From Saprolegnia diclina VS20 (lineage: Eukaryota), in NCBI RefSeq assembly GCF_000281045.1, contig NW_008246080.1:515887-570927 (forward strand): a stretch of DNA of 55,041 bases. The letters run 5' to 3'. Below the pieces are notes generated by a model. That model was not told where the DNA came from, ran no database searches, and saw only the letters and a program-made list of their open reading frames with translations. Positions within the stretch are counted from its first letter, which is position 1, and each line of letters begins with the position of its first letter. Below, piece by piece: positions 23,866 through 33,826 of this stretch. Both the position numbers and the translations under genes were made by a program.

Positions 23866-25557
23866 CCGACTGCCCTTTTTTCCTATTAAATCGCGTCCAT
23901 AATCATCCACCTTATCGTTATTGTACATTTCCGAGTGTGTACGTATTGTCTTTAATCATTTTCGAGCACGGTAGAGCCGAACACTAGTCATACTAGTAGT
24001 ATCAATGCCCAACCGACTAAATCAATTCGCAGCACCACACGTGTAGCCGAGTTGACGTTGAGCCCACGTCACTCATCACGCATTGACTAATAGCTCAACA
24101 CATCGCTTTCAAGTAATCACAGACGACCTGTACTCAGCTCGCGTTCGAGCGCTAGTGAGGGTTGAGGAAGCTGGTTGGATTCGTGGTCGGATTTGGTCCA
24201 AAACAGTGTATTTTTGAAAAATCCTGTTTTGATCGCAATATGTCTCTAGCCACGATCAATGCGATGTAGTGGACGCTGCTCGCAGCAGGTCTCGAGGTGC
24301 TTTTGGTCGCGTCCGAGTCGTCTGTGCGCTTAACCTCCCACAGTTTTTGCTCAGGAGCTTTTTCAAGGTCTCGGTGATATCGGCGCCGGCGGTGCGATGG
24401 CCGACATGGTCATGCCTCCTCATTCGATCACCATTTCGAAAACTTGCGAATATGGTTGACGTCATTGCAGCGTGGACAGGCGGCAATAGGCCACGCGTCA
24501 GTCCTTCTCGCCGCGTCGATGGTGACGACGTTGATCACCGTCGCGCTCGCAGCAAAGCGCATTCAAAGCTCGGAGAATCTCATCCGTTGCAGTCGCTTCA
24601 CTCATCGCAGCGAGCGCTTGTCGAGCCAAACACAGACAGGTTCGTCCAGAGCCACCGGTGGAGTGGCCTGAGCAACGGTCGAGGCGTCGAGCTACTTTCT
24701 ACTGTCTACCGTTGCCTGTTGGTGATATTGGAGGGTGTAGGCGTTGTCGTCGGTACGTACATGGGCGGTGGCGTCGGTCTTGTAGAGTGGAGTGCTCGGT
24801 CGTAGGAAGCGGTGAAGGTCGTGGCAGTTGGATGGAAAATACAAAATGAAGGCTTTGCGACTACACAAAGCCATCGAGTGTAAAATCGATCGAGTGCCCT
24901 TTGTCCTTGGACTTGTTTCTTATGATCAAGTGGAGAAGATGTCCACTGATCCCAAGAAGCTGTGTCGCTGCGCATCGCTAAATGTGGCCATTTGCTGTTT
25001 ATTCGTGGCATGTGCCACAATCCATCTTTGACAACACATAACTATCGCTGCATGCCTCACACGACGACGTCGTGTAGCAATTCATGACTCTGAAAGTGTC
25101 TTCTATCACTCTGCCAAGTTGGAGCGATTTCGATTTCAACTCGATTTGCCGCCCAGAGCGGCTCAGCGGTCGTGCCCGTCGGTTTGTAATCGCGTGGGAT
25201 TGGTCCAAAACCCAAAAGAAATAGCCAATCGAATGCGTTAAACGCCAAAGCGGTACGGTCGATTAAATTCGGCATATGCCGATTGGAACGGTGCGTGCCT
25301 GAGCCGATGACGCGGTCGACGCCCAACGCTGCGCCGACGTCGATGACGACGATGAGCTGCGCGATGGAGAGCAGGACACGCTCTTGGCTTGTACATGCAA
25401 GTACAGTTCTTATTGCAGAGTATTGCGGGAGTCGACCGATGGAGTGAAACCGACTCGATGCGTGCTGTTCGCCAACATGGACATTACACATCACTTGCCT
25501 CATTTTAACACAATATTGTACAATATTCGTAGTTGTCCACTATCGTGTAAAATATTT

Positions 25558-26538
25558 TTACAAAGTCGCGAGGTACGCTTCAATCGCAAATGCGAACGGC
25601 TGCGCGCCCCAGTTGATCGACACGTGCGCGTCGAGGGCGTGGATCGAGACCGCACCCGCGACACCGTCGCCCTCCAAGACGCACGGCGCCCGTCCGAGGT
25701 GTACGCCGTTGAGCGTAAAGAAGACAGTCGCGAGGCTTGGGACATACCCGACGCCAACGATGTCGCCGGCCTCGGCGCTAAAGAGGCGGTCGGACCAGTG
25801 CGCAAACGCGCCGGGCGACTCGACCATATCGTTACCGTCGTGGTAGACGAGGCCGGGGCCATGCGTGTGGTAGCCCACCGAGTGCGGTTGCCACCCGACG
25901 TGGGCGTCCGAGCCAAAGCCGTAGGCGCGCAGGTCACGGAGCGAGACCATGCCGATGCTGACGTACGTTGTCGTATGGACTTCAAAGTACGTGGCACCGT
26001 CCTGACCAAGCACGGGCAGTGGCGGGAGAGGCCCCGACGAGCGCACCGAGTCGACGGTCCCGCGGTCAAAGCTGCGCAGCATCGAGTTGTTGAGGACGGT
26101 GAGGCTATAGGTGGTGGGATCGAGCGTCGTCTTGGCGCGCGTCGAGACGGGCACGCGGAGGGCCTTGCGCCGGCCGTGGAGGCCGCGGATGTCGCGCCAT
26201 GTAAAGGCCGTGTACGAGCGAGGCAGGCCGTGGCCCCACGTCCGCGCGTGCGCTGCCATCCACATCGTCGGGCTCTCGGCGACGACCCGAAAGTAGCGGC
26301 AAACGAGGCGCGCCTGTAGAAGCGACGCGACGTCCATACAACCGAACACCAGCTGCCACACGTGGTCGTCGAGGAGCTCCTCGACCCACTGCACGATCTG
26401 CGGCGCCGCCTCTGTCTGCGCCTTGGCCGCGGCCTTGCGCTGGCTCTTGGTCTGCTTCTTACCCTTGATCGGGATGTTCATGATCATGGCGGGGCGGCTG
26501 GCCGGCTGCCGGTCCCGGGAGGCCACGGTCGCGTACAT
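25558..26538 (-). CDS. F-box + SPRY domain protein
   Basis: F-box LLDDHVWQLVFGCMDVASLLQARLVCRYFRVVA...W; SPRY (RanBP9/Ssh4-type) motifs YFEV...VSIG...HVGWQPHSVGYH...GDIVGVGY...VFFTLNG. Confidence 0.85.
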   Translation of the reverse strand: MYATVASRDRQPASRPAMIMNIPIKGKKQTKSQRKAAAKAQTEAAPQIVQWVEELLDDHVWQLVFGCMDVASLLQARLVCRYFRVVAESPTMWMAAHARTWGHGLPRSYTAFTWRDIRGLHGRRKALRVPVSTRAKTTLDPTTYSLTVLNNSMLRSFDRGTVDSVRSSGPLPPLPVLGQDGATYFEVHTTTYVSIGMVSLRDLRAYGFGSDAHVGWQPHSVGYHTHGPGLVYHDGNDMVESPGAFAHWSDRLFSAEAGDIVGVGYVPSLATVFFTLNGVHLGRAPCVLEGDGVAGAVSIHALDAHVSINWGAQPFAFAIEAYLATL

Positions 26539-27233
26539 GGCTGAGAGCTTTGGCCGGGGCTGGTTCGGGGCCTTCGGGCGGGCGTTTGGAGGAAGCAAGT
26601 CCTGGACCAATTAATTGGACGTATACCTAGAGTCCTAATTTTAGAGCTAAATAGGATATCCAAATTAGGACCTAGGAAGCCTAGCGAAGCCGACGACTGC
26701 AATTGCGGGTCGCGCTTGCAAACGAAGAGGCGAGTGCAAATCCTCAAAGCGACGTGGTACACATCGCCTGCAAGAGTATGCTTCATGCAGCCGCAAGAAT
26801 GTGCGAAAGCTCAAGTGTACCCAAGATTGGAGTGCGGACAAACCTACGCCATTGCATTTAGCGTTGCCATCTTGAAATTATATCAGTTTCATCTGGTTCC
26901 ATTCGTAAACATTGAGCGATTTGTAGGCAGAGTGCTTGATAGAATCGCCATAAAAACGTCGCGATCCCTGTGCTTGTGCGCGCTGAAAATTTGAAACCTT
27001 GAAGGTACCCAATGCTCCGCACCGACAGGCTGCCACATGTCGTTCGATTGGCTGGAGAGTTGATATTATCACTAGCTATATTGAAAGAAATCAAAATAAA
27101 CTAGATTCTTGTATTGAAACTTGATCATTAGATGTAAAAGCAGCCGGACGCATGTTGATTGGTAGCACGTTGGCGCTTGGTCATTTCAATCACATTTGAA
27201 TTTTCCAAACCGAGCAAATCCGCGGCGACAAGG

Positions 27234-28160
27234 ATGACTGTATTTTCCAAGACTGCGGCGTTGACAACGAGACAGCGCTCAAAGAGCGCGATAAAGAAGG
27301 CTGTAAAGACGATTCGACAGTCAGCTCTGACGACGAAGGAAGCGAAGTCGTTGAACACTTGGGATTGGATTGAAGTCAGTTTCGACCTTGTCATCCCTTC
27401 GCCTCATTTGCTGCGTTGTGTATAGGACCTACTCATCGTGCTCATGGACCCGGAGTCGACGACATGGCCAGCGATGGCAAAGTGCTTTCCGGGCCACTCT
27501 CCTCACGACTGTCGCCAACGCTTTCACAGCTTGGGAGCAACAAACACGGGACGCTGGAGCAAGCTCGAAATTCTGTGGCTTTTGTACGCTCTGCACCTCA
27601 CCAAAGCGATGGGTCGTGGGAGGGCGCTTCTCGTTGCCCGCGTCGTGGGCACCCGGAGGTACCTTACACGATGGACGCGCGGGTTTGACAGCTTGTGCTG
27701 TAGCTACCGGCAAGTGATGTCGAAGGTAGCAGCTCTGAAGAAGAAGGGGCCGGTGGTTGAGCTGACGTCGGAGCCAGCCGAGGCAACCGAAGAGCAAAAA
27801 GCGGCGATCCACGAGGCACAATATCAGGCGCCAACCATGCTTTCGGGGACAACCAACCTGCGCACGACGTGGGCAGATGTTACGGTCGACGACGTCGATG
27901 CATTTTTGAGCGAAATGCCTCTTTGGGACGAGGCGGTGCCTTCCACCGTGGACACCAGCGGTGTCGTGTCGACGACCTCGACGACGGACGACGTCTCGAT
28001 GTACGATATCGGGTTTCAAGAGCCCTGCGCGCAGGAGAATGTTGCGCCCTTCGAGACCACCACGCCCGTACACGTCGCCACTGGGAGCACCGACGACGCC
28101 GACGCCGACTGGCTCTGGAAGGCACTTCTGTCCAGCCGCCACGCGCAGCACGTGGCCTAG
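27234..28160 (+). CDS. Myb/SANT-domain transcription factor-like protein, ~2 introns
   Basis: Two Myb repeats, WDWIE|DLLIVLM..TTWPAMAKCFPGHSPHDCRQRF and GRWSKLEILWLL...VARVVGTR|SYRQVMSK; acidic C-terminus; Inr-like TCATTTC at ~27181. Confidence 0.75.
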
Positions 28161-28416
28161 CTCGGCTTTACCAACGACATTCATAACTCAGTCTCTATAT
28201 ACATGCCTTTTTGAATAGCTTACTACAGACGATTCGTACACGCGCGTCGAACTAGTGCTCTTTCGTCGTGGTCTCGAGTACCTGCTAACTGCTAGTGCAA
28301 TGTGAACAACCTCGTCCGCTGTGCCCAGGTCGAGGTTGCGTTTTACTAGGTTAAAGTTATGGGTTAAAGTGGATTTGTTTTGGGTGTTTCTAGCCAGATT
28401 TCCATTTTCATTCATC

Positions 28417-29217
28417 ATGTCTCTCGGGTTCCTCACCGAGTCGGCGCTCGTCCCGTCCAAGGCCAAGGCGATCAAGGTCGACTCCAAGTCGATCGTCGAC
28501 CTCAAGGCAGTCGTCTTCCGCGAGCAGGAGCGCAAGAAGGCGGCGACCGAGGCCTCGGGGCTGCGCTCGAAGCGCGGTGCACGGGCCAAGGAGCTCCAAG
28601 CGGGCAAGAAGTCCGAAACGAACGCCGGCGTCGAGAAGCGGCGCCAGCGCGACGAGGACGAAGAGGCCCTCGGCGACGACGAGCGCGCCAAAAAGAAGCG
28701 GTCTCGACAGATTCTCATTGAGAAAGCCAAGCTCTACGATCAAATGGCCCGTGGCGAGCGACTGGCGACCGGCGATGTGCTCATCAACTTTGACGCCAAG
28801 ACGACCCATCGTGACCACGAATTCACCGAGGCCGCACCCAAGCCCGCGGTTAACGACGGCGAATGGGTCGAGATTGTCGACGAGTTTGGCCGGACCAAGA
28901 AGGTGACCAAGCGCGAGTACGAAGCCTCGTTGCCACCGCCACCGCCGACCGAGGGCTCGAAGAGCGTGGGCAGCTTTGTCGTGTCGCAGTGGGAGAAGAC
29001 GCTCAACTCGCAGGAGAAGAGCTACTTGACCGAAGTGCACGCCGAGGCGCAGCATGCCAAGCTCACGCTTGCCGACAAGAAGCGGCAGAAGGAGCTTCGC
29101 CGCGAGAAGCTCAAGCTCGCCTTCAACAACACGAGCACGCCGGCCGTCGCGCCATCGAGCACTATCTCAGCCCAAGCCTCGCGGGACGCATCCGCTTTCT
29201 TGTCCAGTCTCTTGTAA
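28417..29217 (+). CDS. CCDC174: CCDC174-like (DUF4078) protein
   Basis: SIVDLKAVVF, NAGVEKRRQRD, LIEKAKLYDQMARG, LINFDAK and EWVEIVDEFGR match the conserved blocks of CCDC174. Confidence 0.8.
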   Translation: MSLGFLTESALVPSKAKAIKVDSKSIVDLKAVVFREQERKKAATEASGLRSKRGARAKELQAGKKSETNAGVEKRRQRDEDEEALGDDERAKKKRSRQILIEKAKLYDQMARGERLATGDVLINFDAKTTHRDHEFTEAAPKPAVNDGEWVEIVDEFGRTKKVTKREYEASLPPPPPTEGSKSVGSFVVSQWEKTLNSQEKSYLTEVHAEAQHAKLTLADKKRQKELRREKLKLAFNNTSTPAVAPSSTISAQASRDASAFLSSLL

Positions 29218-30331
29218 GCCTCAAACCAAGTTTGCACCCTGCGACGACTTCTCAATCTCGATCAAGTGTTTGCCGCTATTACCAGCGATTTTGGTTAGCG
29301 TCGTCCTATTATTCCATGTCAATCTCATGGTCCAGGAGGAACTAGCCTTCGAGCCGAGTGAATCTCATACTAGGAAAAGGGCTCGGTGCCAAGACGACGA
29401 CGATTATTATGTGATGCTGCATTGGGGCTTGCCGCTTGTGCATAGTACTAGAGCACGACTCCTATTGTAGACTAGGCGCCTAATGTTGTTGTTGCCACCT
29501 CAGTCTTTGTCCAAAGGGTTTGAGATTTGAGTGAAAACTAAAGAGAAGCGAAGCTACTTGTACTAGAACGGAGGCGGGTTGCGGTCGTGACGGCCCCGAA
29601 GCTCGACCCACGCGCGTCGTAGGATCGGGTTCAAATCAAGGACCAACTCGGCGGGAAAGCGCCCNNNNNNNNNNNNNNNNNNNNNNNNNNNNNNNNNNNN
29701 NNNNNNNNNNNNNNNNNNNNNNNNNNNNNNNNNNNNNNNNNNNNNNNNNNNNNNNNNNNNNNNNCAGCATGCCAAGCTCACGCTTGCCGACAAGAAGCGG
29801 CAGAAGGAGCTTCGCCGCGAGAAGCTCAAGCTCGCCTTCAACAACAAGAGCACGCCGGCCGTCGCGCCATCGAGCACTATCTCAGCCCAAGCCTCGCGGG
29901 ACGCATCCGCTTTCTTGTCCAGTCTCTTGTAAGCCTCTAAACTAATTTGCACCTGCGACGACTTCTCATGCTCAATCTCGACACAGATCGTCGATCATTG
30001 TCATCCTATTCCATGTCAACCTCATGGTCCAGGAGGAGCTAGCCTTCTCGCCGAGCGATTATTATGCGATGCTGCATTGGGGCTTGCCGCTTGTGCGTAG
30101 TACTAGGCTTCGAGCGCAACTCCATTTGTAGACTAGGCGCCTAATGTTGTTGTTGTCACCTCAGTCTTCGTCCAAAGGGTTTGAGATTTGAGTGAAACAA
30201 TTAGAGAAGGTGAAGCGAAGCTAGTTGCACTAGAACGGAGGCGGGTTGCGGTCGTGACGGCCCCGAAGCTCGACCCACGCGCGTCGTAGGATCGGGTTCA
30301 AATCAAGGACCAACTCGGCGGGAAAGCGCCC
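29050..30331. repeat. Direct duplication 29050-29664 / 29765-30331 flanking a 100-N gap; probably two haplotypes
   Basis: The CCDC174 3' end, the intergenic region and the Uma2-gene 3' end are repeated exactly up to the gap edges. Coding parts are near-identical; the spacer has SNPs and indels. Confidence 0.9.
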
Positions 30332-31117
30332 GGGAAGGGCCGTGTCGTCTGGCAGCGCCAAGAGCCGTCGACTATCCATTCGCACGCGCGTAGCGGCTGT
30401 GATCGGAATCGGGTTGACGAGGTCAGGGGCTGGCCCTTCAAGCTGGTTGTTGGTGATCGAGAAAAGCTTGTACTGGCGTACGCTCATGTCGGGCGGGACG
30501 AAGACGCAGAGGACATAGCGAATGCCCGGAAAGGCGCAGTATCGCAGCATCTTAGCGTTCATACTTCGCCAGCCTTGATTGATGCCGACCTCGACCTTGA
30601 GCGTATGGAACTCGGGCCAGTGGAGGTCGAGGGGCCAGTCGGGAAAGATGGCGTCGGTCTCCATCGCGGGACCGTAGCTGAGGTCAGGCACGAGCTTCGG
30701 TAGCTTCCTTGCCGCTGGCTCGTTGGTCGTGTCGACGTACACGTCGCGGTGCGATTCGAGAACTCGATGCTCCGTCCCCGTGACCTCCGGCCTCGTGGCC
30801 TCCTTGATCGCGTCGTCGATGCCATCCGCAATGCTGCCGTGAAGTCCACCGCTCATCTCGATGAGGAATATCGAGTTGTCTCGAAACTCAAAGTGGCGCG
30901 ATTTCATCTCTTCCTCTTCCGACTCGACGTAGCGATCCCAGTCGGCCTCGGTCGCAGAGCAAACTCGGAAGCCGTCGTTGTCGATGACGTCGAGGGTGGC
31001 CTGCGCGGCATCCCAGTCCAGAGCCTCAATCGCTCGGTTGATGGCACCCACTGGGTCGACTGAATCACGTGCGATCGTCTCGGGGTTCGTTGTCGCCGCA
31101 GTTGGAGGCATGACCAT
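30230..31117 (-). CDS. Uma2-like PD-(D/E)XK restriction-endonuclease-fold protein
   Basis: Intronless; FEFRDNSIFLIEMSGGLH, LVPDLSYG, LKVEVGINQ, AKMLRY and GIRYVLCV follow the Uma2/DUF820 motif order. Confidence 0.75.
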   Translation of the reverse strand: MVMPPTAATTNPETIARDSVDPVGAINRAIEALDWDAAQATLDVIDNDGFRVCSATEADWDRYVESEEEEMKSRHFEFRDNSIFLIEMSGGLHGSIADGIDDAIKEATRPEVTGTEHRVLESHRDVYVDTTNEPAARKLPKLVPDLSYGPAMETDAIFPDWPLDLHWPEFHTLKVEVGINQGWRSMNAKMLRYCAFPGIRYVLCVFVPPDMSVRQYKLFSITNNQLEGPAPDLVNPIPITAATRVRMDSRRLLALPDDTALPGRFPAELVLDLNPILRRAWVELRGRHDRNPPPF

Positions 31118-31902
31118 CTTGAGACCGATTCCACTCTGGCAACGTTGCTATCCGGATACAATCTCACTGCGATGTCTCGTGCAAGAGCGAGCGGTGGACG
31201 TTCTCTTTCTTGCTGCCTTGATGCGCAACGACAAGTGGTTTTCTCGCGTTCTCTCCAACCCCTACAGTAGCGCTCTAGTGGTAGCCACGACCCAGCGCTG
31301 TGCGAGATGGTGCACGATTGAACCGCCTTTCGAAAGCTCTCGCCAACGTTTCGGCTCGCACGATCGCCGGTAGCACATTCTTGGGCTCCACCTCCGCGTT
31401 CCGGCGTTCTAGTACGTTGAGTACACGGCCTCNNNNNNNNNNNNNNNNNNNNNNNNNNNNNNNNNNNNNNNNNNNNNNNNNNNNNNNNNNNNNNNNNNNN
31501 NNNNNNNNNNNNNNNNNNNNNNNNNNNNNNNNNNNNNNNNNNNNNNNNNNNNNNNNNNNNNNNNNNNNNNNNNNNNNNNNNNNNNNNNNNNNNNNNNNNN
31601 NNNNNNNNNNNNNNNNNNNNNNNNNNNNNNNNNNNNNNNNNNNNNNNNNNNNNNNNNNNNNNNNNNNNNNNNNNNNNNNNNNNNNNNNNNNNNNNNNNNN
31701 NNNNNNNNNNNNNNNNNNNNNNNNNNNNNNNNNNNNNNNNNNNNNNNNNNNNNNNNNNNNNNNNNNNNNNNNNNNNNNNNNNNNNNNNNNNNNNNNNNNN
31801 NNNNNNNNNNNNNNNNNNNNNNNNNNNNNNNNNNNNNNNNNNNNNNNNNNNNNNNNNNNNNNNNNNNNNNNNNNNNNNNNNNNNNNNNNNNNNNNNNNNN
31901 NN

Positions 31903-32867
31903 TCGGCCGTAATGATGCCTTCATCGCTCGAGTCGTCGTCGCCATCGACGAGCGTCTCGCACGCGTCCGTGAGGTCGACCGAGTCGCTTCGTACACTCAG
32001 CGTGCGCTTTGGCTTGCCAAGATGGACATCTCTCGGCAGCTTGATGTCGAGGGGCACGAGTTTGGCGGGGGCGGCCGACCGTACCATGGCCCGTGCAAGC
32101 GCGACCATCGGATCTACGAGAAGCATGCCATAGATCTCCGAGCCTGTGAGCGCGAGTGGGATCTCTGTGCAGCCGAGGATCGCGACCTGCGCGCCCATGT
32201 GCGCGAGCAGCTTGGCGTAGCTTTGAAAGTTTTGCACAGCGCGCGGGTGGATGCTCGGCGACGTGCTCTTGATGCCCCACTCGGTGTTGTAGATCGAGTC
32301 GTTGAGCGCGTCCTGGACATGGTCGGGGACTTGAACCACCGTGTAGCCCGCGGGTTCCAGCCGGTCGTGGAAGATGCGTGCGCGGCGCGACCCGGTCGTT
32401 GACATTACGCCAATGGTCGTGGCGTGGGGCGCGAGCCTGCCGATCATCGCGACGGCTTCGTCCAGCATGTGCAGCAAGGTCACGTGGTCGGCGTGCTCGG
32501 CGGCGACGAGCGCAGCAAACGTGTCCCAGATCGGCGACGCATGGAACGTGTTGCAGGGCACACCGACGATGAGGCGCGCCGACCGCGCTTCAGCCGCGAG
32601 CACGAGCATGCTCAAGCTGCGCGCCATGCCGTACGCAGGGTTCTCGATCGCATTATGGTCGTCGTCGGCCGTGGTCTCGCCCGCTTCAAGCTGCGCAAGG
32701 TACGCCGGCCGCGCCGCCATGTCGGACGAGCGCGAGATATGCACGACGTCGAGATGGCCTTGGTCGGTCCCGTCGTTCAGCGTGTTGCGGAGGATCTCCT
32801 GGTGCAGGACGAGCCCGGCCGCGGGCCCGACGCCGCCGAGGATGCCCACCAGCACTTCGCCATTCAT
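31903..32867 (-). CDS. PLP-independent aspartate/glutamate racemase family protein (3' end lost in gap 31433-31902)
   Basis: VGILGGVGPAAG, TDQGHL, catalytic VPCNTFH and ILGCTEIP, IGVMSTTG and LVDPMVALAR. Confidence 0.92.
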
Positions 32868-33826
32868 CTACGAAACGGATGTCCTGGCTGGCGATCCGGA
32901 TACGCTGCCACTTGATTAACCGGATAGTCGCATCCTGTTTGGCCATACGCGCACGGGAGGCTGCCACGTATAGCGCGTCGGATTTCTTTGGAAAAAGTGG
33001 CTACTTCAGAAGTCGTCAACCGCGTTGGAGTTCGCGGCTGCGCAACAGAGTTGGTCGCACCTGCGCAGTCGACCGTACCGAGAAGATGATACTCCCGCCG
33101 ACCGTCCACTTGACGCCAACGTTGCAGCGTGTCCAGCTGGCAACCGACACCCCTTGCATCCGCATAAGCGTACAACGGCGAGTACTACGCGTGGTCGTTC
33201 CTATGAGGGCTTGCATGCGTTGGTTAAGGCTGCTTGGCCGCACGGTGGGAGGTGGACGGCGACGCTTCGATTCTCGACTGGCGATAAGACGATAAGAACG
33301 CGTATATCTGTGCACGTGATATCTCAGGATGGCCTTATGCGTCACGTCGGCAGCAAGAACAACACCGTCCTCGACCTCGCCACCTTCTCGCCCTCGAGAA
33401 ATGGCCTTGCTGTCGCACGCGGCGGTTGATTTTTAGGGATTTTTTGCTGCGGCTGCCGCCACTGCTGTCGCACCACACGCCAGCATCGCGGCTACTCGCG
33501 TCGTCGTCGTCCTTGCCCGTGCCAAGAAAGAAGAAGCGCCTTGAGATGATGGCGCCTGACGCCAACCTCGTTGAAGTGAGGGAGTCCTCGGTCACTTGTG
33601 GCTACTTTGTATTTTTATTGTGTTCTATAGTGGTTTGTATACTCCGCGATTAAAAATAGACGTGGCCTTTCTGCATTATATCTTGAAATTTGTATTGGAT
33701 CTTTTGGGGTTTCGAAATATTCATGCCCCATACAAACGTCAATATGGCCGGATCGAGCAATATCGAATATCGAGTTGCTCTGTCTGTTACTTGACAACTT
33801 GCAGCCGCCCCATCAGCAGCAGCAGC

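Noticed and set aside
24250..24870. Possible stop-interrupted pseudogene on the minus strand
   Set aside because: The fragments look protein-like but match no family I recognise, so it cannot be supported without a search.
6808..29217. UPF3 and CCDC174 (both EJC/NMD-linked), and asd with the Asp racemase, as functional clusters
   Set aside because: Each pair is ~20 kb apart with many unrelated genes between; co-location is unremarkable in a gene-dense eukaryotic genome.
31275..31432. Apparent C-terminal extension of the racemase across the gap (530-aa ORF)
   Set aside because: Frame continuity through 470 Ns is an artefact; the linkage is unknown.
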